From the NCBI GenBank assembly GCA_964016885.1, contig OZ024744.1, forward strand, positions 20,088,001 to 20,152,000: a stretch of 64,000 bases of DNA, written 5' to 3'. The translations under genes were made by a program, and so were the position numbers. Under the pieces are notes generated by a model. The model was not told the origin of the DNA. It saw nothing but the letters and a program-made list of their open reading frames with translations, and searched no databases. The stretch's first letter is position 1. The number at the start of each line of letters is the position of its first letter. Origin of the DNA: Eledone cirrhosa (Eukaryota). Shown here piece after piece: positions 25,501 to 37,817 of the stretch.

Positions 25501-26898
25501 GAGGTAACGAGCAGAGTAGCCAGTCTCACCCAAAAATGGGCTGGCAGGAAGTTATCACTGAAAGGTCGCGCTGAGGTGGCGAATGCGTACATCGCGTCCG
25601 TCATCTATTACCGCCTAACCGTCGTGCCTTGCCCCCGTCGGCGCCTCGTCAAGTTGGAACGGCTCCTCTTCAAATTCTTGTGGAGGGGACAAGTTCCGTT
25701 GGTGAGGCGGTCCATCTGCTGCCAGCACCCTCTACGCGGAGGGCTGGGCATGCCGTGGCTAATGATGCGCAGACATGCGTTGAGGCTGCGACATCTCCAG
25801 ATATTCTGCCTCAATGGTGAACAGGTGTGGTCGCCGTTTATCAGACGGGCCTTTCCGCAGCTCATTTCTTTGACTGGGCTGCAGTCCTGGGTCAAGAAGA
25901 GACCGAGACTGGGTGACTGGCACCTGGAATGTTACCAGGCACTCACTGCCCTCTACCAAGCGGGCACTGCGATCAGTGGAACTTCCACTCTCGAGTCCTA
26001 TAGAGGATTAGTGGTGGGCAAGTTCGATGACGCACTCGGAGAAGCTTTGGGCCTCGACGAAGTCGAACTGACCAGTCTGTACCGGAGGACTTTTGAGCCG
26101 GGGACGATGGACAATTTCCAGAAATCCCTCGCTTGGCAGTGCTACCAGGGGGCACTGCCGGTTCGGGATAAACTCTACAGGCACGGAAGTGCTGTCAGAC
26201 GGACCTGCCCAAGATGCGCACAGAACGACGAAACCGTTCTGCACGCACTTGTCCAATGTCCGTGCATTACTGACTTGTGGAGTTATGTCGAACAGCTACT
26301 GTCGCGTGTGGAACGAATCCAGTTATCGGCCGATGCCATAGTGAAGATCGAGCCGCCACCTTCCTTAGGTCAGGAAGAGCAGGACATTTTCCTCTGTCTG
26401 GTGGCAGTTGCGAAAGAGATTATATGGTGGACCAGGTTGAAAGGACTAAAGACAGACACTTTTCTCTTCGGCCAATCCCTCATCAACTTCTTCAAGTTTC
26501 ACCTGGAAAGGAGGGTGAGGGTGGAGAGGGAAGTGCTGCCCCCAAGTACATTTTCTAAAAGGTGGGTGAATGTGGCGAGAATGGCTCGTGTGAATGGGCC
26601 TACTCTGACCATGCGCCTATAGGCTAGCTAACTTGAGGAGAGGGGTGCTCTCCTGGGTGCCCTAGAAGCGCAGGGTGGTTCAGGATTGGTGGGGTGACCG
26701 AATCACCCCAGGGTCGTCCACCCCCTATCGGGGAATTTATTTTGTTATATTTTGCATAGTTTATTTTATATTTTATATTTTCATTGTTAAATTAGTCTTG
26801 CCATTGTGCACTTTTACTCGACCTTATTGTAAACCCCCACTGTCCCTGTCTTTGTATTGTCCCGTACATGTCGGCCCTTGTGGCTAATAAATGAAATC
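22539..26898 (+). mobile_element. Tx1-like retrotransposon copy 2 (diverged family): ORF1 C-terminus plus nearly intact ORF2 (23202-26622)
   Basis: MAILRVECLNVRGL, GDWN, YSDH, KAFDRV, RQGCPLS, YADD, CPRC..H..C. One frameshift near 24020-24070 and a stop near 24193. Ends gaaatc + (ATT)n. Confidence 0.95.
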
Positions 26899-26919
26899 AT
26901 TATTATTATTATTATTATT

Positions 26920-28169
26920 ACAGTTGCATTTATCTTGCTTTATGTTCATACGAGTTATCACCAAGTCACAACCAGTGACCTCAAGAGACAACAAGGTCCG
27001 CCATGTTCAAGAAGGAACATACATATTCACACATGCATCTTTAGTGTTTAGACTTGTGATGTATTTATATTGACAGGATCTTCCTTTGTATATGGGCAGT
27101 TCCCATTAATACTATCTTTTGTATTTCTCCTATACGCGGGTTTCCTGGGATTTGCGATATGTAATCATTAGACCCCTTAGGTATCATTCCCAGAGCGCCT
27201 ACAACCACTGGTATTGTTTTAGTTCTCAATTTCCACATTTTTCCAATTTCTATCTCCAGGTCCTTATACTTGCTCAATTTTTCAAATGTTTTTATAGATA
27301 CATTCTTGTCTATTGGAACAGACATATCAATTAGCAGGCATACCCTCTCTTGAAAGTCTTTCAATATTATATCAGGTCTGTTTGCATCTATTTTTCGGTC
27401 TGTTTGGATGATAAAGTTCCACAAGATTGAGATGTGATCTTTTTCAAGTATGGGAGGTGGTTGATGCTCCCACCAATTCTTTTGATGGGGCAGGTCAAAA
27501 TGCTTACACATTATCCAATGTTTGTATTGTGCAGCTCTGTCATGCCTGTTTAGGTATTCGGTTGGAGCTATAGGACTGCACATTGAAATTATATGGTCAA
27601 TGGTCTCTGGTTGTTTTTTGCATACACGGCATAATGGGCTGCACCCATTTTTATTATGTTGGCTTGGTAATTTTTTGTTGGCAGACACTGATCTTGTGCC
27701 GATATAATCAGTCCTTCAGTCTCCGATTTCAGTCCAGAGGATGCCAACCACTGATGGGTTAAAGTTTTGTCAACATCAGGATTGTTAGCTCGCTCTGGGT
27801 ATTTTCCATACAGAGGCTTTTCTTGCCATTTCTTAGCCAGTTTCTGTAGCAGTTCTTTCTTTGCAGTTACTTTTACCTGCTTTGCTTTTTCTGTGTTTTC
27901 CATTTCAGCAGTAAATGGAACTTCTGAAATTTGTAGTCCATTACTGTATCTTTGTGCATCTTTTGTAATGGAATATGATCTTTTGATGCTTTCGTGTTTC
28001 AAAACGAGTTTCATCATCCAATCATGTGATTCCCTTAGATATGTAGATAATCCAATTGTTGCAGTTTTCAACGCAATGTCTAACTGGATTAACCCACATC
28101 CTCCTTCTTTCCTAGGGAGATATATTCTATCTATATGTGCCTTAGGGTGATGCATTCTGTGCATGGTTA
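26920..28169 (-). mobile_element. Family D1 copy c, 5'-truncated
   Basis: ORFs 27589-28230 and 27065-27688; matches the D1 3' region; (ATT)n flanks. Confidence 0.95.
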
Positions 28170-28212
28170 TTATTATTATTATTGTTATTATTATTATTAT
28201 TATTGTTGTTAT

Positions 28213-28350
28213 TCCTTGAATCTCAGTCATTGATGTTGGTTAACTGGAAAGTCCGTTGGAATGAATATCAAGCCACTACCTGCAGCCTCAGATATTCAGT
28301 ACGTATCGGAAGGTTCTTGCTGTTCCCAGCAAGCATGCCTTTTGAAGCGT
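28213..28350 (-). mobile_element. Family D2 copy d, 3' terminus only
   Basis: Matches 16345-16482; (ATT)n flanks. Confidence 0.9.
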
Positions 28351-28365
28351 ATTATAATTATTATA

Positions 28366-28404
<39 letters not shown>

Positions 28405-31400
28405 GCCGCCTACGTAGGAAATCGTATCATCGTGAGCTCCGCAAATGTTTGTTCTTTTCGTTTCTTTAAAATTGCCATTTATGGAAAATTTTTGTTGTTA
28501 ACTACTTATAAGGTCACAAAATTTGCTTTCGGCAAAGGATACTCAAAAAGATTGGGATCTTGAGGCCAAAATTTAAACTTTTATAATTATCAAACAAAAA
28601 AATTTTCTTTGAAAAATCATGGACGACTCACAGCCACACCTTCCTCACAAACTAACACCTCACACCGACACCACCATTGTAAATATTAATACGTTTGCCA
28701 ACACTAAAAATATAAGCAGTAGCAATAATTTAAATTTGTCTCATGCAGACATTAATTTCCCACCCTTACCAATGGCTGCAGGTGTTGAAGCCGCCACCCT
28801 CACCACCACCACAGCGACAACAGAAACAAAAGAAAAAATTAAATTATCTCGTGACATCGAAATGGATTCACCCAGAATGGACTCTTCCGCACCGAACACC
28901 ACTGACGCCACCACCACCACAACTGAAACTAAAAATAACAATAACAAAAATAACGATAACAACAACAGCAACAACAACAATGAGAATAACAAAACCACCC
29001 TGTCTTTTGCCAGAGCAGCAAAAAAGTGCGGAGCAATCCAGGTAATTCAGGAGGAATTAGATGAAGCCAAGAGAATGGTAAAGAAAGATGGGTACAGGGT
29101 CAGTCTCCTCCCCCCCTCCCCCACACACCTAATAAAATGGAGCATCGGCGCCTATGCACCGTGTCTTATCGGACGATTAACATAAAATCGCGTCGAGTGG
29201 AACGGGCATCCGAGTCCCAAATCCAAAAAGCTTTGGGACATGTGTGGGAAAAAAAACCCACATCAGACGTGGGAAGAAATATGGAACCGTTGACGTGTTC
29301 TTTGGAACACCACAGGAGGCCAGAAAACACTCCATGGCCCCATTAAGAAGTGACGACTTCACACTCGTCCCAAGCTATTGTGGCCAGAGACTCGTGAAGA
29401 TCAGGGTGACCCACGTTCCACCGGCCATCGAAATTCCCGGGCTAATGGCTGCCGTCCTCGCTGGCATCGAAGCCAACACCAAGATAATCGAAATAGCGAA
29501 AGAAAAGCAGGTGAACTGGTCCGGATCTGGGATGGAGCTCCTGATCCAAGCGGACCAAAAAAGCATTGAGGAGATCCCAGAGGTAACAGAGCTCACTGAC
29601 GGCAGCCACCTCACCGTAATCGTCGAGGGCAGAAGGCCTAGGTTTTTCGGTTGTGATGAAGGAACCCACCTAAGGGCTTTCTGCCCTCAGGCTAAAATGT
29701 TGAGGCCACCCCTCTTACCCACCCCAGTGACTCAACCATCAACACCACCAGCAGCACAAATGGCAGCAACAACTGTAGCTGCAACAGCAGAAGCAACTGT
29801 AACAGCAACAACCCCAGCAACAGTAGGAAAACCAACACCACCACCACCCAACGCGCCAGATCTTGCACCAGCGCCATCCACCACGCCCCAACCAAAACCA
29901 ACGCCTGTGGAGGATTTTCCACTCCTCGACCTATCGCAACTGGAGACAGATTGTGACGACGAGGAGTGGGAAACGGTATGAGGAAAAAAGAAAAAAAGAT
30001 AAAGAAGCCAAAAAAGAAAAAAATCCTCCCCCCCTCCAAAAACAAAATACAGAGGGAAATAAATAAACTATCAAACAAAAAGTTTAGAACAGCTATGCCA
30101 CCATCCACACCAGCATCACCAACCCCATCATCACAAACACCAACACCATCACTTCATTAACCCCAACACCACCATCACCAACACCACAAAAGTCACCAAA
30201 AAGCGAAACAGAAACAAACCCACAACAAACGCAAACACACTACACAGCATTGAATTTGAACAACAACCAATTATTACACTACATGCAACACAACACCAGC
30301 ATCACAGAAAAAGACTACACAACAACGCAAAAGTTCACCACCACCACACATACAAATCACTCGCATCACACAGAAAACGTACACGGCACTAAAACAAAAA
30401 TTCCCCAAAGACCTCGGAGACTTCCGACAAGGACTCTCCAGGAGGATTTATAATAACATCCTTCCGGAGGAGGCCACAAGCAGTAAAAAGGATGGAGAAA
30501 CCATCCTTCCTCTACGAGAAGTAAGGTAAGTGGTCTTTCCCATCTTTTCAACACCATTTCAACATGACCTCACTCAGAATAGGCAGCATAAATGCGCGTG
30601 GCTTGGGGTCGTCATGGAAGCAGGGCCACTTGCTCAACGACCTCAGGTCACTAAACATAGATGTAGTGGCCATCAGCGAGACCAGAATCTTTACCAGCAC
30701 GCAAGGCCTACAGAGACCGGATTAGCGAACTAGTCAAGTGGGCGTTGACGGAGGCCATCGTCAACAACAAGTAGTGGTTTGCTCTGAAAAGAGCGATTAG
30801 AATAGAGTTCATTAGGTTTAGTAAGGCTTTAGCAATAGAGAAAATAGAGCAGAGAGAACTAGTTACAAAATTAGACGAGGCGCTTAGAAAAGGCATCGCG
30901 ACAGGACGTACTTGCGCCGAAATTGGCCCTTGACCAATTCTTCAATAATAATAATGCTTTCTTGATAATAATAAAGAAAGCATTATTATTATTATTATGA
31001 TTGAGAAAAACTGGTGGCCTCCATCACCCAGAAATCGGCCGAGAGGAAGCTGTCCCTGAAAGGCCGGGCGGAGGTGACGAACGCGTACTTCGCACCAGTC
31101 ATCTGTTACCGCCTCACCATCATTCCTTGCCCCGGTCATACTATCACTAAAATGGAGCGCCTCCGTTTCCACTTTTTGTGGCAAGGACGCGCTCCCATGG
31201 TCAGCCGAACCATCTGCTGTCAACATCCGTTGCGTGGAGGACTGGGCATGCCATGGCTGATGATGCGCAAACATGCGCTGAGGCTGCGACATCTCTGGTG
31301 CTTCCTTGACGGTGAACAGGTGTGGTCGCCGTTCGCCAGGCACGTTTTCCCACAGCTCGTCTCCTTGACGGAGCTGCAGTCCTGGGTCAGCAAAATACCG

Positions 31401-32450
31401 AGTGATAGCGCTTGGAAACTGGAATGTTTCCAGGCACTCACTGCCCTCTTCCAGCTGGGCACCAGTATCGGTGGAACATCAACCTCGGCGTTCTATAGAG
31501 GACTAGTGGAGGGGAAGAGCGACGACGTTCTCGGAAAGATTCTAGGCGTCGAAGAAGATCAGCTGTTTGCTCTCTTCCGGAGTACTTTCAGCCCGGGGCC
31601 TATGGATAACTTCCAAATATCCCTGGCTGGCAGTGCTACCGGGGAGCGTTGCCGGTTCGAGATAAGCTCTACAGGCACGGAAGTGCCCTCAACCGATCCT
31701 GTCCGAGATGCGCGCAGAGCGACGAAACCGTCGTGCACGCACTCGTTCAGTGCCCGAGCCTTGCTTACTTGTGGAGCTATGTCAAACAGTTGCTGTCACG
31801 TGTAGGACTGAACGGTTATCGACTGAGTCCATTGTGCAGATGGTCTCGCCGTCTTTCTTCGAGGATGAATGGCAGGCGGCTTTCATCTGCTTAGTGGCCA
31901 TGGCGAAAGAGATTGTGGGGTGGACAAGTTTGAAAGGGTTAAAGACAGATACTCTCCTCTTCGGCGAATCCCTAATTAACTTTTTCAGGTTTCACTTGAA
32001 GAGGAAAATAAGGGCGGTGAGGTAAGTGCTGCCTTCTAGCAAGTTTGTTGAAAGGTGGGTGAATGTAGCGAGAATGGTCCTAGTAAACGGGACCGCTCTG
32101 AATATACGTCTGTAGTTTGAGAAATGGAAAAATTGAGAGAAGGCGCTTGCCCTGGTGGTCAGGGTGGCCGTGGTCTTTTGTGTGGTTTTCGCCACGAGTA
32201 ACCCTCGGAAGTTTCCCCTCTATTGGGGAATTTTTCATTGTTTCAATTTTCATTTTTATCGTTTATATATATATATATGTTTCTCTGTCCTTTCTTTTTC
32301 TGTTCTTATATAAATAATAAAAATCTTTACATCATTACATGCACAAAACCCACATCGTACCGTCCTGTACCGTCCTGTACCGTCCTGTACCGTCCTGTGC
32401 CGTCTGTAATGTTTTTCTTGATGTCAGCCCTTGTGGCCAATACAGAAATC
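28405..32450 (+). mobile_element. Tx1-like retrotransposon copy 3, both ends present, two large ORF2 deletions
   Basis: ORF1 from 28619; ORF2 ATG at 30564. Jumps from copy-1 ~4634 to ~5270 at 30690, and from ~5526 to ~6830 at 30945-31015. The 3' UTR has (GTACCGTCCT)4. Confidence 0.93.
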
Positions 32451-32488
32451 ATTACTATTATTATTATTATTATTGTCGTTATTATGTA

Positions 32489-32536
32489 TTTCTTCTTCGT
32501 TCAATGGCCATACTCGATAACGCGGGGGCAGCCATC
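32489..32536 (+). mobile_element. RTE 3' terminal stem-loop (displaced end of RTE copy 1), followed by (ATGT)n at 32537-32574
   Basis: cgttcaatggccatactcgataacgcgggggcagccatc versus cgtgcaatggccatactcgataacgagggggcatccatc at 36311-36349. Confidence 0.85.
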
Positions 32537-32574
32537 ATGTATGTATGTATGTATGTATGTATGTATGTATGTAT

Positions 32575-33066
32575 TATGTCAGGTCACCAGTTGGTGCTAC
32601 TGGTAACATATATCCCAGTACAACCTATCTCATACTCGGGTCGTTGGCGACTAAACTGGCAACCCCACCAAGGTTTCTTGGTGAGGAGGGTGACTTTGGA
32701 CATCCTGCAGGACTAAAAACAAAACCTGTCAAAGGGCAAAGGAGCTCTTAAGAGTCAATGGCCATCCAAAATCACCGGGAGAGATGACCCCTTAGCCTTT
32801 GTCAAGGCAGAATTCTAGAAGGAAAACTCTGATATAACACCTGCAACTCTGATGGTACCCAATGATGTTGACTTTTTGGTAAATATCATCTTCGTTAAGA
32901 GAGTGGGATTGGCTTTGTGCAGTGCCTTTGCTCACTATAAAAGCTTTACGGCACAGGCATTGCTTTATATCTGGAGATCTCTCTACACTCATCGTCACAT
33001 GGTACCATGGGCCCAGCACAATGTGTCAATAATTGTCACAAGTGTAGTGTTTGTACCAGAGTTTTC
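32575..33066 (+). mobile_element. Non-autonomous RTE derivative (5' UTR-like region joined to a zinc-finger 3' region), copy 1
   Basis: Reverse complement of 39917-40420; ends in ...HKCSVCTRVF coding remnant; starts in (ATGT)n. Confidence 0.75.
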
Positions 33067-33140
33067 GAAAATATTCTTACTATTCTAATAGAATTTTAAT
33101 GAATCTTGCAGCCATTTTATATATGTATATATGTATGTAT

Positions 33141-34230
33141 GTTCATCTGGTTTTATAATTTCACAAAGTTTTACCAATAGAGAGAGAGTCGGTTTCTAAC
33201 ATAGACACACTACTCTCTCATTGGAATTTACACAACATCAACTAGGTAGATATGTATGTATGCATGCATGTGTAGATATGGATGTTATTGTATGCGTGGA
33301 TGTGGATGTTTTGAGTTGTATGTGTGCATGTGTATATGCTTTGTATCTGTACATGTGTATATGCAGTTATTAGATGCAACATTTTTGGAATGTTTTACAT
33401 ATGTTTACTTTTCCATTAATGGATTGTACATGTAATTTCCTAACTAGTTGTGTTCTTTCTGTTCCTGTGAAGCCTAGCTTCTCAAGATTTGTATTGAGGC
33501 AGTTACTAACATATCCCAGTGCCCCAATAATCACAGGCACAAATCTGAAGGTGTAATCAGGGTGGAGTATCTGCAGATTTCTCATCAGTTCTGCATAAAT
33601 ATTCTCCTTTTCACTAATCTTTGCTATTATATTGGCATCTGCTGGGCAGCTAATTTCCACTACTGTGCATGTTTTCTTCTCCCTGTCCCATATAATATCC
33701 GGTCTGTTATGCCTGCATTTTATTGGGGTTTTTACTGGAACATTCCACCAGTACTTTTTCATATTATGTACATGGATGTCTTCCACATGGCTGTAGCTTT
33801 TAATATGTTTATTATCGGGGATATCTTTTCTACAGGTTGCATTGTACAGTGTTTGGGCCACTACATCATGCCTCTTAGGTAGATAGTACCACGATGACAT
33901 CTTTGGACAGCTACTGATGACATGGGTGATATCCTCGATGTTAGTTCTGCAGAGTCTGCACTCGTTATCACATCTAGGTGTTTTGCCTGCATCCCTATCT
34001 CTTTTGTGAATCAGGTATTTCGTGCTAATCTCCTGTTCCTGGATTGCAAAAGCGTATCCTTCAAAGTGGGAGCCAATATAGCGGTTGTTGGTCCAAGATA
34101 GACTTCTTTCCTTATCTATATTACTCTCACTCTGGAGCTTCCTGGCAACATATCCATGCATGATTTTTTGCTGATAGGCATGCAGTTTTTCATCCATGGA
34201 TTCACTGCGATACTGCTGAGCGACCAATCT
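33141..34230 (-). mobile_element. Third R4-like RLE family (D3), 5'-truncated, in (ATGT)n
   Basis: ORF 33370-34398: AIQEQEI, CRLCRTNIEDITHVISSC, RHD, HNRPDII..VEISCP, FVPVIIGALG. The 3' boundary is approximate. Confidence 0.85.
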
Positions 34231-34294
34231 GTATGTATGTATGTATGTATGTATGTATGTATGTATGTATGTATGTATGTATGTATGTATGTAT
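34231..34294. repeat. (ATGT)n microsatellite
   Basis: Direct reading; separates D3 from RTE copy 2. Confidence 0.97.
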
Positions 34295-36349
34295 GGGAAA
34301 GAGTAACAGGAATGATTGTGGGAACTACAGAGATATATCATTGTTTTCTGTCGTAGGGAAATTTTTATGTAGGGTGCTTCTGGACCGTCTGCTGACACAC
34401 ATTGCAGATAGTGTTCTTACTGAAAGTCAATCTGGTTTTCGTTCTGGACGCGGCACTACTGATATGATCTTCTCAGCTAGACAGCTCTAAGAAGTGCATG
34501 GAACAAGGTTTGGATCTGTATCAGGTTTTTGTCGATCTGACAAAAGCTTTCGATACTGTTAACAGAGATGCATTATGGAAGGTTCTCCAGAAACTTGGTT
34601 GCCCTGATAAGTTCCTTGCTTTAGTTAGGTCTTTCCATGACGACATGAAGGCTTGGGTTAATGTCGGGGGTAACATGTCGGAGCCTATCTCAGTAAAAAA
34701 TGGAGTGCAACAGGGGGATATTCCAGCACCGACCCTGTTTGCCATATACTTTGCAATAGTTTTCTGTATTGCATTCAGGAATTGCGAGCATGGTGTTTAC
34801 ATCCGATATCGAACCTCAGGCAGCATATTTAACATCAGGCAAAAGTATTTACATCAATCACAAGAGACCCCTTGTATGCAGATGATTGCGATCTTATAGC
34901 GCACACAGCGAGTGATATGCGGCACATTTTGAATGTATTTTCTGAAGCTTGCACTGCCCTAGGATTGACTGTCAGTCTCAAGAAAACCGTCGTCATGTAC
35001 CAACCTGTCCCTGGTAAGCAGTACACTGAAACAAATATCTATGTGTATGGTAAACGACTTGGAGTGGTTGATCAGTTTGTCTACCTGGGAAGCACTGTCA
35101 ATCGATACAACAACTTTGACACTGAAATCTCACTTAGGATTAGGAAAGGAAGTGATGCTTTCGGAAAGCTAGAAAGGCGACTCTGGGGTCGGCGAGACAT
35201 ATGTAGGAGGACAAAGGTAAAGGTGTACAGGGCATGTATGCTCTCTTGTCTTCTTTATGCCTGCGAGACCTGTGTCACATATCGACACCACTTTAAGCAA
35301 TTGGAGCGTTTCCATCAGATGTGTCTCAGATGGATCCATGGCGTTCACTGGAGGGACCACATCAGTGATGTCCAGATTTTGGAAAGCTCTATGTGTGACA
35401 GTATAGAAGCTCTTGTGCTTAAGCAACGACTCCGTTGGAGTGGTCACCTTGCCAGGATGAAGGATTCTAGAATACCAAAACAACTCTTTTATGGAGAGTT
35501 GGTTAAAGGAAAACGACCGCCACATAAACCAAAATAGAGGTATAAGGATTCCTTGAAAGCCTCTTTGAAAGACGCTAACATCTCTGCTGATACATGGGAA
35601 CATATTTCTGCTGATCGTAAAAACTATGAAAGACTGTATATGAGGGAAAAGTTGCCTTTGAGGCATCTCGAATCGCATACGAGAAAGTAAAGCGGGATGT
35701 GAGGAAGGGCATTGCTGTTACACTTACAGACGGCGAGGGTCCTCCTATGGTGCTGACATGCAGCGTCTGTGCGAGAATCTGCCTAAGCAAAGCTGGACTC
35801 GAAAGTCATCTTCGCAGTCATAAAGTAAGACCAGTGGTGACTACCAGGCTGCTGTTGGAGATGCTACTCATCATGCTTGCCAAACATGAGGCAGAGAATG
35901 TAAATCAGCAGGAGGGCTCAAGCGACATGCAAAAGTACACGAACTCCGAACCACAGCCGACTATTCCCAGTGAATGTTTTGGTTGCCGACTCTGTGCAAG
36001 ACATTTTAGATCATTGGCTGGGCTAAAAAGCCACATTCGATCGCAGCGCTGTTAGTTGCTATCGTGTGTGTGTGTGTATGTGTGTGTGTATAGATATGTT
36101 TGTGTGTGCGCGTTTGTGTGTATATATATATGTATATGTATATTATTATTGTTGTTATTATTATTATTATTGTTATTAATGTATATGTGTGTATGTATAT
36201 ATATATGTGTGTATATATGTATATGTATGTGTGTATATATATATATATTTCTTTTTTATTTTATTTTATTTTTATTTATCTATTAATATTTTTTTTTCTT
36301 TTTTCCTCCTCGTGCAATGGCCATACTCGATAACGAGGGGGCATCCATC
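34295..36349 (+). mobile_element. RTE-clade LINE copy 2, 5'-truncated, with complete microsatellite-containing 3' UTR
   Basis: CGNYRDISL, DLTKAFD, GVQQG, YADD, RLRWSGHLARMKDSRIPKQLFYGEL, C2H2 fingers. Stop at 36055; terminal stem-loop at 36305-36349. Confidence 0.93.
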
Positions 36350-36384
36350 ATGTATATATGTGTGTGTTTGGTGTAGTTATGCAG

Positions 36385-36505
36385 TGTTTGTCTACCGAAT
36401 TCCACTCCCGACGCATTGACCAACGCGAAGTCAATGTAGAACACATATCTACTTGGCGAAGGTGCCACGCAGTGAGACTTTAAACCCCAAACCATGTGGT
36501 TGATA
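36385..36505 (-). mobile_element. tRNA-derived SINE head, degenerate
   Basis: Minus strand caaccacatggtttgggtttaaagtctcactgcgtggcaccttcgccaagt: B-box-like region followed by a typical SINE body start. Confidence 0.55.
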
Positions 36506-37645
36506 AAAGAATATAATAATGATATAATTAGTGGTTTCATTCGATATTGCTATCGTCCGTGTTGCCCTTAAAGATATGAGGACTTGAAGGAATCGGAGTT
36601 AAGAAGCTAATGCTGCGTTACCAAGAGGTGGAGGGTGTGCTATGAAAGAATTGGTTCAGAAGTACTTTTCACAGCAACTTCCGGTCCAGGTTAGTAGTGG
36701 GTGGAAATGTGATCCTGTATCGACTGCATAACTATGTAGTTTTCTAGAAAGAGGAGGATGGGTTGGGTAAATTTCTCCCTACTCTTAAGAATGCTGGTAG
36801 TTATGGTAGTGGGAGGTTTAGTGGTGTGGTGGCTGTGAAGGAGGTGGTTGTGGTGTGTGTGTGGGGTGTGGGTGTGGTAGTAGTGGGGTTTGGGTGCGTG
36901 GGGAGGGTTAACGAGGTGGTTGTGGAAGGCGGAGCGAGGATGTGGTAGGGGTGGGGAGTCAGTGGTGGTCGGGGTTTGTGAGTAGGATAGAATGAGATTG
37001 ATGGTGTGGGAGGTGAGGCTGATGTGGGGAGAGTGTAGTGGTGGCGGCGGTGTGATATGGGGTGGTTTTGGTGTGGTGCCCGTGGAGAGAGCTGAGGTCT
37101 CGGTAGTGGTTGATTTGGTGGTGGCGGACCTTTTGGGGTGGCGGAGGTGGTAGTTGCTTTATGATGTGGTGTTGGTGGTAGTGGTTGATTTGTGGTGGTG
37201 GTGTCGGCCGGGTGGTGGTGGCTTTTAGGAGTTGTTGTAGGGGTGGTGGTACTATTAAGGGGTGGAAAAGTTTGTAGTTGTTTTAGGGTGAGATGATGGT
37301 AACGGTTGATTTGTGGTGGTGGTTTAGGTATGTTAGGGGCTTGTGATGATGATTGATTTCTTGTTGTCGTTGTTGTAGGGTTTTCTACAACAACACGGTG
37401 GTTGCAATTATAATGTTGATGATGATTGTTATAGTGATGGTGATAATTATAAATTAATTGGTCAACACCACTACAACCACCACCACCACCATACCACCAC
37501 TACCACCGCCGCCACCGACACTAAAACGGCCACCATCACCACCGCCATTAACAATACAACCACCACTGCCTCCAACATCTCTATCTTTCTATCTATTTCC
37601 CTCTCTTCCTTTCTCTCTCCCTCTCTAAATATGTGTGTGTATGTA

Positions 37646-37709
<64 letters not shown>

Positions 37710-37759
37710 TAATGAAATGACAGGAGGCTGGATTTGTGTAAATCCTTGAAAGGTTTATT

Positions 37760-37817
37760 ATACTATGATCATTTCAATGACCGGGTTCCGTATGAATCCG
37801 GTGATATCATCAGGTAT
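37760..37817 (-). ncRNA. Minimal type I hammerhead ribozyme motif
   Basis: atac-CTGATGA-tatcaccggattcatacggaacccggtcatt-GAAA-tgatca-TA-gtat: stem I atac/gtat, palindromic stem III. Confidence 0.75.

Noticed and set aside
32575-32760. HDV-like ribozyme in RTE-type 5' regions (also 59043-59200)
   Set aside because: Hairpins are present, but I could not fit the nested double pseudoknot by eye.
35699-36055. Host C2H2 zinc-finger gene
   Set aside because: Contiguous with the RTE thumb in both copies; part of the element.
36560-37570. GGT-rich tract as an ORF1-like remnant or exon
   Set aside because: Low complexity with frequent stops; no recognisable motif to support a call.
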